From an uncultured Caulobacterales bacterium (lineage in GTDB: Bacteria; Pseudomonadota; Alphaproteobacteria; Caulobacterales; Maricaulaceae), in the NCBI GenBank assembly GCA_964522765.1, contig CAZFWZ010000001.1, positions 1 to 63,549 of the forward strand: 63,549 bases of DNA. The letters run 5' to 3'. The translations under genes were made by a program, and so were the position numbers. The notes under the pieces were generated by a model that made no database searches, was not told the origin of the DNA, and saw only the letters and a list, made by a program, of their open reading frames with translations. How positions within the stretch are numbered: the first letter of the stretch is position 1; each line of letters begins with the position of its first letter. This document shows positions 19,448-29,979 of this stretch, piece by piece.

Positions 19448-21385
19448 CTATTCCCTCAATATATCGTCAATGCGTCTTTGCGCGATGGGGTGGTAGCCGG
19501 GGCGAGCTTCTTCATAGACGTCTGCCGTCCAGTACTGCCAGTCCTCGCGGTTCTCGGCGGCGGCTGTTTCTTTCAGCGCGCCGTAAAGGCGGTAGATAAA
19601 TTTGCCGCGCCCAACGGATTTGAGGAAATATTCCATATCAGGAAAGGCGTCCTCATAGCCGTTTTTAATCGACTGCATATACCACGCAAAAGCTGTTTCT
19701 GCGTTTTGCGTTCCAGTGAATTTGAAGACTCCGTCGAGATCTTCCATTTGCTCGGTAGAGAGCTTAGGAAGGCCATTTATGAAGTGAAGCCATTCATGGG
19801 TTGACCAGCCGCTAGTTTGAAGATTTGCCGCGTCAATTTCGCCGCTTACAAAACTGGCCGACTGCCGGGCGACTTTATCAAAAGCGTCTGACTGCGGGTT
19901 ACGAATGCTGTCGGGCAGGCCCTGTCCGTACACCCATTCTTTGATGTCTGCCTCTGTGACGGCATCTGGATTTGACGGCTTTAGATAGCGCTCCATATAG
20001 GCAAGGAAGTCTTCCGTTGTCGCGGCTTTAAACGCGTAATCATTAAACCAGTTTTTCAGAAACGGGTCGAAAGCGGCGCGGCCATAACGGTCTTCTAGGA
20101 AGTTCAAGAAAAACTGACCTTTCACATAGGTCACCTGCGAAAAGGCTTCGTCAGGGTGCTTTAAATCATCGTCAAATTTTAGCTGCGTTAAGCTTGGGCG
20201 TTCGGCTCCTGCCACGTCGCGTTTTAAGTCTTCAAGGCCAAGGGCTTGCTCCATCACGGCGCGGTCCTCGCCGTAGAGCGCTTCCATGACGCGGTTCTCA
20301 ACATAGCTAGTGAAGCCTTCATTGAGCCAGGCGTCGCGCCAATTAGAATTGGTGACTAGATTACCCGACCAGCTATGGGCGAGCTCATGGGCGACAACAT
20401 TAGTGAGCGATTTATCACCCGCCACAAGGGTCGGGGTTAAGAATGATAAGCGAGGGTTTTCCATGCCGCCAAAAGGAAAGCTTGGCGGCAGAACGATGAG
20501 GTCATAACGCCCCCAACGGTACGGCCCGTAAAGCTTGACGTTCTCCACTTCCATTTGCGGGGTTTCAGAAAATTCCTCAGCGGCGCGGTCGAGAATGTAG
20601 GCTTCAGAGTAAACGCCGATTGTGTCGTTAATGGCCTTGAATTTAATGTCGCCCACGGCAATCGCGATTAAGTAGCTTGGAATTGGCTGCGGCATAGAGA
20701 AGGCATAGCTGCCGTCTTCTTGCTGGCCGAGCTGCTCTGCGCTCATGAGCGGGAGCAGGCCATCCGGCACGCGCAAGCTCGCTGTATAAGTCAGGCGCAC
20801 AGCAGGCGTATCTTGCAGCGGCGCCATCGTACGCGCGTTAATCGCTTGGGCTTGAGAAAAAAGGAAAGGTTCTTTTTTACCCGCTGTTTGCTCAGGGGTG
20901 AGCCATTGCAGGCCTTCCGCGTCTGGGCTTGTGGAGTAGACGATTTTTACGCGCTTTGCGGTCTGGCCAATGTCAATCGATAACGCCTTGCCCTGCATAG
21001 GGTCTTCTTGACCAAGTGACCAATCGGCCGTCTCCCATTCATCGCCCACTTCAATGGATACGGCTTTGATGAGAAGCCCTTTTGTGTCGAGTACAAGAGT
21101 GTCCGAGCCGTCTTTGACTCGCTCAAAGTCTAGCGTGGCAATACCATCGAGAATTTTAGCAAAGAAATTGACGTCCAAATCCAGATCGATATGGCTAAGC
21201 TGTACATCGGAATAGTTGGACTGCGTAAAGCGGTCCTCAGTGAAAAAACTGGTCGTGACGCGCTCTCCATTGTCAGCTGTTTGTTGAGCCGCGGGCGGGG
21301 CCGTCTCTGTTTTGGGCGAGCAAGCGGCGACGGTTAGAGATGTAGCCGCGAGAAGGGCGAGAATAAATGTGCGCGAATTTGTCAT
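19448..21385 (-). CDS. M1 family aminopeptidase (leukotriene A4 hydrolase-like), predicted lipoprotein
   Basis: GGMEN and HELAHSW...LNEG zinc motif; N-terminal lipobox VAAC; start moved to ATG 21385 after AGGA. Confidence 0.93.
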   Translation of the reverse strand: MTNSRTFILALLAATSLTVAACSPKTETAPPAAQQTADNGERVTTSFFTEDRFTQSNYSDVQLSHIDLDLDVNFFAKILDGIATLDFERVKDGSDTLVLDTKGLLIKAVSIEVGDEWETADWSLGQEDPMQGKALSIDIGQTAKRVKIVYSTSPDAEGLQWLTPEQTAGKKEPFLFSQAQAINARTMAPLQDTPAVRLTYTASLRVPDGLLPLMSAEQLGQQEDGSYAFSMPQPIPSYLIAIAVGDIKFKAINDTIGVYSEAYILDRAAEEFSETPQMEVENVKLYGPYRWGRYDLIVLPPSFPFGGMENPRLSFLTPTLVAGDKSLTNVVAHELAHSWSGNLVTNSNWRDAWLNEGFTSYVENRVMEALYGEDRAVMEQALGLEDLKRDVAGAERPSLTQLKFDDDLKHPDEAFSQVTYVKGQFFLNFLEDRYGRAAFDPFLKNWFNDYAFKAATTEDFLAYMERYLKPSNPDAVTEADIKEWVYGQGLPDSIRNPQSDAFDKVARQSASFVSGEIDAANLQTSGWSTHEWLHFINGLPKLSTEQMEDLDGVFKFTGTQNAETAFAWYMQSIKNGYEDAFPDMEYFLKSVGRGKFIYRLYGALKETAAAENREDWQYWTADVYEEARPGYHPIAQRRIDDILRE

Positions 21386-21437
21386 AACGATTCCTATATT
21401 TTGATGCAGCCTAGACCCGCATTGGGCGGCTCGCAAG

Positions 21438-23531
21438 CTATCCTGCCTTCATAAGGGTAATCCCAAAGTCTTGTTCAAAGAGATAAAGCAGATTGCGCGC
21501 GGCTTGACCCCTCGGCGTTTCTAGAGCTGGATCGGTTTGCGCGAGCAGGCGGGCATCTTGGACTGCCGTTTCCAGTAGCGCTTTATGCTTATCCAAATCG
21601 GCGATGCGGTAACCCGGCAGGCCCGATTGCTTGGCCCCGAGCAAATCACCCGAACCGCGAAGCTCCCAATCTTTCTCTGAGATTAAAAACCCGTCTTCGC
21701 TCTCGCGCATGATTTCAAGCCGGGCTTTGGAGGTCACGCCGAGCGGGCCTTTGTACAGTAGTAGGCAAGAGCTAGCTTTGTCTGAACGCCCGACACGCCC
21801 GCGCAGCTGATGTAGCTGCGCAAGGCCAAAGCGCTCGGCATGTTCAATCACCATTATAGTGGCATTGGGCGCGTCCACGCCAACCTCGATTACGGTTGTC
21901 GCGACAAGCACGTCATATTCGCCGGCTTTAAAGGCAAGGGACATGGCTTCTTTTTCTTGTGCTGAGAGCCTCCCATGGAGAAGGCCAACACGGTTGCCGT
22001 AGATGGCCGTGAGCTGGCGGTGGCGATCTTCTACGGAAGTGAGGTCAATGACCTCGCTATCTTCGACGAGCGGGCAGACCCAATAGACTTGATTGCCTTG
22101 GTCTATCGCGCGGCCTACGGCGGCGATAACATTATCAAGACGGGCGAGCGGTAATATGCGCGTTTCAATTGGGCGGCGACCTGCGGGCTTTTCGTCCAGT
22201 TTTGAAATATCCAAGTCGCCGTAACTGGTGAGGGCAAGCGTGCGGGGAATGGGCGTGGCGGTCATCACAAGCAGGTCAGGCCGCAATCCCTTTTGCGTCA
22301 GCTTCAAACGATCATGCACGCCAAAGCGGTGCTGCTCATCTATAATCACGAGACCGAGATCGTGAAACTCTACCGAGTCTTGGAACAAGGCATGCGTGCC
22401 GACAACGACGTCAATATAACCGTCGCGCAGCCCCGTCGCGAGGGCTTCGCGCGGCTTACCTTTATCTCGGCCCGTAATCGCTTGAACATTTAGTCCGGCA
22501 GGCTCTAAGAAGGCGCTGAGCGTCTTAAGGTGTTGCCGTGCAAGGATTTCTGTTGGCGCCATAAGCGCGACCTGAGCCCCACTTTCGCAAACAAAGGCCG
22601 CCGCTTGCGCGGCGACAAATGTTTTACCCGCGCCGACATCACCTTGAAGCAGCCGCGCCATGCGGAAAGGTGACTTCAAATCACCAATTATCTCCGAGAC
22701 AGCCCGCGTCTGCGCTCCAGTGGGCGCGTAAGGTGCGCCTTTCAGCACGTCATCAAGGTAATGCCCTTTGACGTTATAGCTGCGCCCTTTTTGGCGGCGC
22801 GTATTTTCGCGCACCAGCGCCATGGCAAGCTGCTTGGCAAATAGTTCATCATAGGCCAGACGCTGACGAGGCGGGGCGCTTATGCCGGGGTCATTTGGAT
22901 GGTCGGGCGCATGCATGCGGATAAGCGCTTCGGCAAAGCCGGGCCAGTCCTGCTGGGCGGCGAAATGAGGGTCGAGCCATTCTGGCAATTGCGGAATATG
23001 TTGCAGCGCGGCCATAACAGCCTTACGGGCGACCTTTTGCGAGAGCCCTGCCGTGAGCGGATAAAGCGTTTCATATTTGGGCAGCTTATCTTCATCCTCT
23101 AGCGCGACGATATAATCAGGATGAGTCATTTGCAGTTCGGCATTAAACACTTCGGTCTTACCAGAGACAATCCGCCGTCCGCCTTCGGGCAGAGCTTGGT
23201 TGAGAAAGGCTGCGCGCGGTTTGAAAAACACAAGCGTCATATCGCCTGTCTCGTCATGGACGCGGATGCGGTATGGGCGGCCTTTGGCGGTTGGCGGCAT
23301 ATGGCTGCCGACCGTCACAACAAACGTCGCAATCTCGTCCTTATGCGCCTGCGTAATAGAGGGACGATAGCTACGGTCGATGAGACCCGTCGGCGGGGTG
23401 AGGAGCAAGTCTTTGATGCGCGCGCTGTCGTTGCGAGAGAAAGCACGAGATAGACTTTCGGACACACGCGGACCCACGCCACTCAGCGTGGTGGAGTCGG
23501 CAAATAAAGGAAATAAAATCTGTGGCCGCAT
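21438..23531 (-). CDS. recG: ATP-dependent DNA helicase RecG
   Basis: [40 protein letters not shown]; wedge domain. Confidence 0.97.
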   Translation of the reverse strand: MRPQILFPLFADSTTLSGVGPRVSESLSRAFSRNDSARIKDLLLTPPTGLIDRSYRPSITQAHKDEIATFVVTVGSHMPPTAKGRPYRIRVHDETGDMTLVFFKPRAAFLNQALPEGGRRIVSGKTEVFNAELQMTHPDYIVALEDEDKLPKYETLYPLTAGLSQKVARKAVMAALQHIPQLPEWLDPHFAAQQDWPGFAEALIRMHAPDHPNDPGISAPPRQRLAYDELFAKQLAMALVRENTRRQKGRSYNVKGHYLDDVLKGAPYAPTGAQTRAVSEIIGDLKSPFRMARLLQGDVGAGKTFVAAQAAAFVCESGAQVALMAPTEILARQHLKTLSAFLEPAGLNVQAITGRDKGKPREALATGLRDGYIDVVVGTHALFQDSVEFHDLGLVIIDEQHRFGVHDRLKLTQKGLRPDLLVMTATPIPRTLALTSYGDLDISKLDEKPAGRRPIETRILPLARLDNVIAAVGRAIDQGNQVYWVCPLVEDSEVIDLTSVEDRHRQLTAIYGNRVGLLHGRLSAQEKEAMSLAFKAGEYDVLVATTVIEVGVDAPNATIMVIEHAERFGLAQLHQLRGRVGRSDKASSCLLLYKGPLGVTSKARLEIMRESEDGFLISEKDWELRGSGDLLGAKQSGLPGYRIADLDKHKALLETAVQDARLLAQTDPALETPRGQAARNLLYLFEQDFGITLMKAG

Positions 23532-23625
23532 GGCCCTTAATTGAACGAGAAAATAAGCCTTAGCAAGTGACAGCGTAGCTAGCTTGAGCTAAACCGCGCC
23601 CCAGACGAGAAAAAGCAGGCAGATC

Positions 23626-23913
23626 ATGACTGAAGAATTTAAAAACCGCTCCAATGAGATAGATCCCGTGCGTAGAAAGCGCCTCATTTATCAGGCCAAT
23701 TATCGCGGCTTTAAAGAGGCTGATTTGCTCCTCGGCGGCTTTGCGAAAGCCAATGTGGACACGATGACAACTCAAGAAGTGACGCAATTTGAAGAGCTAT
23801 TGACGGCCAATGATCATGATATTTATGGCTGGGTGACAGGGCGCCAAGCTGTGCCCGCCAATTTCGACACGCCGATTTTAAAGCGTCTATGCGCCTTTAA
23901 ACCGCTCGCTTAA
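23626..23913 (+). CDS. sdhE: Succinate dehydrogenase assembly factor 2 (SdhE/Sdh5)
   Basis: RGFKEADLLLG (RGxxE motif); recG-sdhE-mfd arrangement. Confidence 0.9.
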   Translation: MTEEFKNRSNEIDPVRRKRLIYQANYRGFKEADLLLGGFAKANVDTMTTQEVTQFEELLTANDHDIYGWVTGRQAVPANFDTPILKRLCAFKPLA

Positions 23914-23921
23914 AGTCTTTC

Positions 23922-26900
23922 ATGTCAGCTATTCAACTTAACCGCTATGCAGGGGCAGAGCATGACCTCACGGCTGCAGGCCTTCCCGAAGGGCTCGACG
24001 CGCTGATTGTCACGCGCGCGCTGCGGCAGCGATTGAAAAATGAAGGGCAGGGGCGCGTTGTCTTTGTGGCGCGCGATGAAATGCGTGCGAGTAATTTTGC
24101 CGATGCTTGTAAGTTCTTTGCGCCGGATTTGCCTGTACTGATGTTGCCTGCTTGGGACTGTTTGCCTTTTGACCGCGTTTCGCCGTCCCGCACATCTGCG
24201 GCGCGGCGAGTGGCCGCGCTTTATGCGATTGCTAATAGCTCGCCTAAACTACCGCTCATTATTGTCACGACAATTTCAGCCGTTATGCAGCGTGTGCCGC
24301 CGCGCGATATCATTAAAGCTGCGGGATTTAGCGCAAAGACAGGGCAAGAGCTCGACCGTAATGTGCTTGAGCAATATCTCTCCATCAATGGCTATGCCCG
24401 CGCCTCTACGGTTAGCGAGCCAGGTGATTTTGCGATACGCGGCGGCTTGATTGATGTCTTCCCGCCAAATTTTGACAATCCGATCAGGCTGGATTTCTTT
24501 GGCGATGAGCTTGAGAGCATACGCAGTTTTGATGTCGATAGCCAACGGACCAAAGGTAAACTGACATCTATTGATCTTGCGCCTGTGTCTGAAGTCTTTA
24601 TTGGGGAGGAAGATATCAGCCGTTTTCGCCGTCATTACATCATGGCTTTTGGCGGTGGCATTAACGCTGATCCGATGTATGCCAGCGTGATTGACGGCAT
24701 CCGCCCGCAAGGTGTGGAGCATTTCCTCCCGCTGTTTTATACCGAAACGGAAACTGTCTTTGATTATGCAGGGGTCGGTGCGCTCTATGCTTATGACGGC
24801 TTGATGGAAGAAGCGCGGTCTGAACGCGGCGACGTGATTGCGGACTTCTTTGAGAGCCGCGATCAATATGCGCAGGCCCGTGATAGCGGCTCAGGTGATC
24901 CTCGCAAGATAGCCGGTGTTTACCGGCCACTTCCGCCAGAGCGGCTTTATCTGATAGACGATGAGTGGAAAGCCGTGACGGCCTCTTTGTCGACGCGCCA
25001 TCATTCGCCTTTTATCCCGCCCGAAACTGAAAATGTGCTCGACTTTGGCGGAAAGCCAGCGCGTAATTTCTCACCGGAGCGCAAGACCACTGGCACAAAT
25101 GTATTTGAGGTTTTAACTGACCATGTCCGCACTTTGCGGGCAGATAAAAAACGCGTTTTGCTCGCGAGCTGGACGCAAGGTTCGGCTGACCGCATGGGCA
25201 GCGTGCTTGAAGATCACGGCCTAGAAACGGACCTTGTCAAACGCGGGCCAGACGCACTCGCTATTCCGCCAGGCAGTGTGCGCCGGGTGCTCCTCTCGAT
25301 TGACCAAGGCTTCATTTTTGGTGATCTGGCCGTTATTTCCGAGCAAGACATTCTTGGCGACCGCCTCGTCAATCGCGGTAAAAAACGTAAAGCCAAGAAC
25401 TTCATCGTCGAAGCTGCAGCTTTGCGCCCGGGTGATCTTATCATTCATATTGATCATGGGCTCGGGCGCTATATCGGGCTGAAAACGCTAACGGTTACGG
25501 GTGCGCCGCATGATTGTCTTGAGCTTGAGTATCACGGCGGCGCACGACTATATCTGCCTGTTGAAAACATTGAACTGCTCTCGCGCTACGGCGGTTCGAG
25601 TGACGGCACATTGCTTGATAAGCTTGGCGGCGTGGCGTGGCAGTCGCGTAAGGCGAAAGCCAAAGATAAATTACGCGAAATGGCAGGTGAACTGATAAAG
25701 ATTGCGGCCAAGCGCGCTCTTCGCACCGCCGAACCCATAGACATGCCTGAGGGCGCTTATGATGAGTTTTGTTCGCGCTTTCCTTACGCCGAAACGGACG
25801 ATCAGCTGTCAGCTATTGATGATGTGTTTACCGACTTGAAATCTGGCCGTCCCATGGACCGCCTTGTTTGCGGTGATGTTGGTTTTGGTAAAACCGAAGT
25901 CGCTTTGCGCGCGGCATTCGCTGTCGCCATGAGCGGCAAGCAAGTCGCCGTTGTTGTGCCGACCACAATATTATCGCGTCAGCACTTCAAGACATTTGAA
26001 GAACGTTTCCGTGGCTGGCCTGTCAATGTACGGCAGCTCTCGCGTCTTGTAACGGCCAAGGATATGAAGGAAACCAAAGAGCAGCTCGCCGCAGGGCGCT
26101 GCGAGATTGTTATTGGTACTCATGCGTTGCTTGCTAATAATATAAAGTTTACCGATCTCGGCTTATTGATTGTGGATGAGGAACAACGCTTTGGCGTGGG
26201 GCATAAAGAAAAACTCAAAGCGCTCCGTGCGGACGTGAATGTGCTTACGCTTACGGCGACGCCTATTCCGCGTACGCTACAAATGGCGCTCTCTGGCATC
26301 CGAGATTTGTCGCTGATTGCAACGCCGCCCGTCGATAGATTGGCCGTAAGAACTTATGTCGCACCATTTGATCAAATCTCTATTCGTAAAGCTATTTTGC
26401 GAGAACGTTATCGCGGCGGTCAGAGCTTCTTTGTCGCGCCGCGCATCAAAGATCTCGCGCGCCTTGAAGAGTTCATGGAAAAACATGTGCCTGAAGTGAA
26501 ATATGTTGTAGCCCATGGCCAAATGCCTAGCAGTGCGCTTGAAGACATCATGACAGCCTTTTATGACGGCCAATATGATGTGTTGCTCTCGACCTCTATC
26601 ATTGAAAGCGGCATCGATATTCCGCGCGCTAATACTATGATTATTTACCGCGCGGACCGTTTTGGCCTTGCGCAGCTCTATCAAATGCGCGGACGGGTAG
26701 GTCGCTCTCGCGTGAGGGCCTATGCTTATATGACCATCCCAGAAGGGTTCGTCGCGACAGACGGGGCCTTGCAGCGGCTTAAAGTGTTACAATCGCTTGA
26801 TACGCTCGGGGCTGGCTTCACGCTCGCGAGCCATGATCTCGATATGCGCGGGGGCGGTAACCCGTTGGGTGAGGAACAATCAGGATATGTCAAAGACGTG

Positions 26901-27416
26901 GGTGTGGAACTTTATCAGCACATGCTAGAAGAAGCCGTTGCAGAGCTGCGTGAAGATGATTTGTTTGTCGACCAAAGCTGGTCACCCAATGTGAATGTGG
27001 GCGTCGCCATCTTAATCCCAGAGTATTACATCGAAGATCTCAATCTGCGTCTGGCGACGTACCGCCGGATTTCGGATGTGACCGATGACACGGAGAGCGA
27101 CGCGCTGGCGGCGGAATTAATTGACCGTTTTGGACCACTACCGTCTGAAGTTGATAGCCTGCTTAAAGTTATGCGTATCAAGCGTCTTTGCCGCGCCGCC
27201 CATGTTGAGAAAATCGACGCTGGGCCAAAAGGTGTAGTCATGTCTATACGTCATAAAGACGTCAAAGATCCAAGCCGTATTCTCAACGCCATCACGCAAA
27301 ACGGTGGCTGGAGATTACGCCCCGACCAAACTATATTTGTGAATGGACATTTTGCGAAAGCTGACGCGCGTCTTAAGGGTGTAGAACGCGCTTTAAAAGC
27401 TTTGAGTGCGGCTTAA
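23922..27416 (+). CDS. mfd: Transcription-repair coupling factor
   Basis: UvrB-homology N-terminus, RID (HIDHGLGRY), [29 protein letters not shown]. Confidence 0.98.
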   Translation: MSAIQLNRYAGAEHDLTAAGLPEGLDALIVTRALRQRLKNEGQGRVVFVARDEMRASNFADACKFFAPDLPVLMLPAWDCLPFDRVSPSRTSAARRVAALYAIANSSPKLPLIIVTTISAVMQRVPPRDIIKAAGFSAKTGQELDRNVLEQYLSINGYARASTVSEPGDFAIRGGLIDVFPPNFDNPIRLDFFGDELESIRSFDVDSQRTKGKLTSIDLAPVSEVFIGEEDISRFRRHYIMAFGGGINADPMYASVIDGIRPQGVEHFLPLFYTETETVFDYAGVGALYAYDGLMEEARSERGDVIADFFESRDQYAQARDSGSGDPRKIAGVYRPLPPERLYLIDDEWKAVTASLSTRHHSPFIPPETENVLDFGGKPARNFSPERKTTGTNVFEVLTDHVRTLRADKKRVLLASWTQGSADRMGSVLEDHGLETDLVKRGPDALAIPPGSVRRVLLSIDQGFIFGDLAVISEQDILGDRLVNRGKKRKAKNFIVEAAALRPGDLIIHIDHGLGRYIGLKTLTVTGAPHDCLELEYHGGARLYLPVENIELLSRYGGSSDGTLLDKLGGVAWQSRKAKAKDKLREMAGELIKIAAKRALRTAEPIDMPEGAYDEFCSRFPYAETDDQLSAIDDVFTDLKSGRPMDRLVCGDVGFGKTEVALRAAFAVAMSGKQVAVVVPTTILSRQHFKTFEERFRGWPVNVRQLSRLVTAKDMKETKEQLAAGRCEIVIGTHALLANNIKFTDLGLLIVDEEQRFGVGHKEKLKALRADVNVLTLTATPIPRTLQMALSGIRDLSLIATPPVDRLAVRTYVAPFDQISIRKAILRERYRGGQSFFVAPRIKDLARLEEFMEKHVPEVKYVVAHGQMPSSALEDIMTAFYDGQYDVLLSTSIIESGIDIPRANTMIIYRADRFGLAQLYQMRGRVGRSRVRAYAYMTIPEGFVATDGALQRLKVLQSLDTLGAGFTLASHDLDMRGGGNPLGEEQSGYVKDVGVELYQHMLEEAVAELREDDLFVDQSWSPNVNVGVAILIPEYYIEDLNLRLATYRRISDVTDDTESDALAAELIDRFGPLPSEVDSLLKVMRIKRLCRAAHVEKIDAGPKGVVMSIRHKDVKDPSRILNAITQNGGWRLRPDQTIFVNGHFAKADARLKGVERALKALSAA

Positions 27417-28799
27417 CTAGCCGGCTTTGCGGTCGCCTAAATCGCCTTGGTTAGCGGCTTTCAGGGCGCGACCTATAAGGAAATCGCTATTTTCACCTTC
27501 GCTTAGCTCGACAGCTGCGATATTGAGCTCGACCGTCAACGGGCCTTGATCTTTTACCGAGGTCGCAAATGCGGCGCAGTCTACAATTGCGGAGATACGT
27601 TCGATTACAGGCGCGAGTGATATCTTTGTTTCATTTGGGAAAGCGACAAGGAACATATCCTCTTCAACTCGCGCGGTTATATCTTGCATTCGAACAAGGT
27701 TTTTAATCATATTGCCAATCTTCGCGCACGCGCTTGAAAAATCTTCGGGCGGAATGGAATAAGGTGCATTGGGCCATACTTTTATCGCGAGTAAGCTGAT
27801 GGGAATTTCTTGAGGGCCCATTTCGTTGCATATTCGGCGAAGATGATTGTAGAAAAAATTATCGTTAAATGTACCCGATGGAATATCAAGACAGGCGTCA
27901 CCGCCGAGCTGTCCAAATTCACGTTTGAGTTGGCTATGAATGCGATGGTAATTGGCGAGTTCTAAGATGCGTCCACTAATTTCTTTGAGGTCTGAATCGG
28001 CTGCAATGAGGTCGCGTGCGCCTTTTTCAAATGCACGATCAGCCTGATCAAATGCCTTGCTATCAACAAGTAAGAGAGTAGGCACGTGATATAATTTGGC
28101 GTTTCTTCGCATGGTTGATGAAATGGTTAGCGGCGGCTCAATATCAACAAGAGCATTCATGACAACTGCGTTAAATTGGCTCTCGTAAAGATAATCAAAG
28201 GCAGAAAATGTCGTGAACGCCGCGACGACTTCGACATTCTTTTCCTGCAAGGCATTGATGACAATCATGAACTCTGGCGTGGGTTTGCCGACAAATAAGA
28301 TTTTGAATGGCGTTGATAAAACGCCTTCCTCAAGCGTGTAATCAATATCAAAATCTTCTTTTAACGTCGTGATACGGCGCATTATTTCTTGTTCCATAGA
28401 TGAAAGACGCAGCAATGAATCAACACGTGTCGCAATTTGGCTAGCATGAGCCGGAGGGTAAATTATGCTTTCAAAGCAAGATGTATCAATATCGGCCTTG
28501 CGGGACAGCGTTCCGAGAACAGGAATTTCAAGCTTGCCATAGTGTTTTTTTAGGCCAGCAACTATAGTCGGCGCTTTTTCAATGTAGTCGGTCAGCGCTA
28601 AAAGTATAATATTGGGGGCCGTATTGGGCGCGCCATGTAGAATACTACCGTCAAATACGCACTCTTTGGTCAAGAAGTTAAGGCGGGAGAGGTGACTTTT
28701 TATTTCATTAGCGCGATGGGTATTATCAGTCACAACTAATACTGTGTTGGTTGGGATTCCAACTTTGGACACGCCAGATATATCTGTATTATCACTCAT
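27417..28799 (-). CDS. popA: PopA-like PleD paralog: two degenerate receiver domains plus degenerate GGDEF with intact I-site
   Basis: REC-REC-GGDEF layout; RMQD (RxxD) followed by ARVEEDMF where GG(D/E)EF is expected. Confidence 0.7.
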   Translation of the reverse strand: MSDNTDISGVSKVGIPTNTVLVVTDNTHRANEIKSHLSRLNFLTKECVFDGSILHGAPNTAPNIILLALTDYIEKAPTIVAGLKKHYGKLEIPVLGTLSRKADIDTSCFESIIYPPAHASQIATRVDSLLRLSSMEQEIMRRITTLKEDFDIDYTLEEGVLSTPFKILFVGKPTPEFMIVINALQEKNVEVVAAFTTFSAFDYLYESQFNAVVMNALVDIEPPLTISSTMRRNAKLYHVPTLLLVDSKAFDQADRAFEKGARDLIAADSDLKEISGRILELANYHRIHSQLKREFGQLGGDACLDIPSGTFNDNFFYNHLRRICNEMGPQEIPISLLAIKVWPNAPYSIPPEDFSSACAKIGNMIKNLVRMQDITARVEEDMFLVAFPNETKISLAPVIERISAIVDCAAFATSVKDQGPLTVELNIAAVELSEGENSDFLIGRALKAANQGDLGDRKAG

Positions 28800-28908
28800 T
28801 AGGAAGTTATCTCCGACCCATTTGTCTGCAAATATGACCTAAAACCCTTTCTGAGGCGTTAAATAATGAATTCAAAACTTATAATTGTTAGAAGGTGTTT
28901 CCGCCGGT

Positions 28909-29856
28909 TTATCCTTCTATAAGGCCTATTGGTTTGGCGGCTTTCAGCATGGCCTCTTGCAATTTCTCAAACGCTCTGGCTTCAATCTGGCGAATACGCT
29001 CGCGGCTTACCTTATATACGCCTGCCAGATCTTCCAAAGTCTTTGGATTATCGGAGAGGCGGCGTTCACGTATGATGTGTTGCTCGCGCTCGTTCAGGTC
29101 GGCCATGGCGGTTTCGAGAAGCTCCATACGTGCATCATGCTCTTGGCTTTCGCCCAAGACTTGTTCTTGACTATCATTTTCGTCTTCGAGCCAGTCCTGC
29201 CATTCAGCTGTACCGTCTTCGCCGCCAATCGTAACGTTTAAAGAGCCGTCACCGCCAAAGCTCATCCGGCGGTTCATATTTATAACCTCAGTCTCAGAAA
29301 CATTGAGGTCTGTGGCAATTTTCTTCAAATGTTCGGGCTTAAGATCACCTTCTTCGATAGCTTTCATCTCGCCTTTCATGCGGCGAAGGTTGAAAAACAA
29401 CTTCTTTTGCGCGGCGGTTGTGCCCATTTTAACGAGAGACCAACTGCGAAGGACATATTCCTGAATTGCGGCACGAATCCACCACATAGCATAAGTGGAG
29501 AGGCGAAACCCTTTGTCAGGGTCAAACTTTTTGACAGCCTGCATGAGACCCACATTGCCTTCAGAAATGACTTCGCCAATTGGAAGGCCATAGCCGCGAT
29601 AACCCATAGCGATTTTTGCGACGAGGCGCAGGTGAGAGGTTACCATTTTTTCAGCCGCTTGCGTATTGCCGTCTTCTACCCAGCTTTTGGCGAGGCGAAA
29701 TTCTTCATCCTTTTCAAGCATAGGGTATTTACGGATTTCAGACAGATAGCTGTTAAGGCCCTGCTCAGGTGAGAGGGCTGTCGACAACGTCAGATTGCCT
29801 GAATAGGCTGCATCAGTTTTTTGCCGCTTGGCAGGTAATGTTGTTGTCTTGGCCAT
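28909..29856 (-). CDS. rpoH: RNA polymerase sigma factor sigma32
   Basis: SHLRLVAKIAMGYRGYGLP; RpoH box QKKLFFNLR; VSRERIRQIE. Confidence 0.97.
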   Translation of the reverse strand: MAKTTTLPAKRQKTDAAYSGNLTLSTALSPEQGLNSYLSEIRKYPMLEKDEEFRLAKSWVEDGNTQAAEKMVTSHLRLVAKIAMGYRGYGLPIGEVISEGNVGLMQAVKKFDPDKGFRLSTYAMWWIRAAIQEYVLRSWSLVKMGTTAAQKKLFFNLRRMKGEMKAIEEGDLKPEHLKKIATDLNVSETEVINMNRRMSFGGDGSLNVTIGGEDGTAEWQDWLEDENDSQEQVLGESQEHDARMELLETAMADLNEREQHIIRERRLSDNPKTLEDLAGVYKVSRERIRQIEARAFEKLQEAMLKAAKPIGLIEG

Positions 29857-29908
29857 AAGAGCCTCCCTAACTTTCGGCTAACCCTCTTTTGCGTTAACCG
29901 AGAGCGTA

Positions 29909-29941
29909 ATATAGGAAATGCCGCTCGAGTTTAAAGGTTCC
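29909..29941 (-). promoter_or_regulatory. Nested EcfG/sigmaT-like and sigma32-like promoters of rpoH
   Basis: GGAAC-N16-CATT (29941-29917) and CTTT-N17-CCTATAT (29936-29909) on the minus strand. Confidence 0.6.
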
Positions 29942-29979
29942 AGCCTTAAATAATTTGTTATCTGGATATGACTTTGCGC

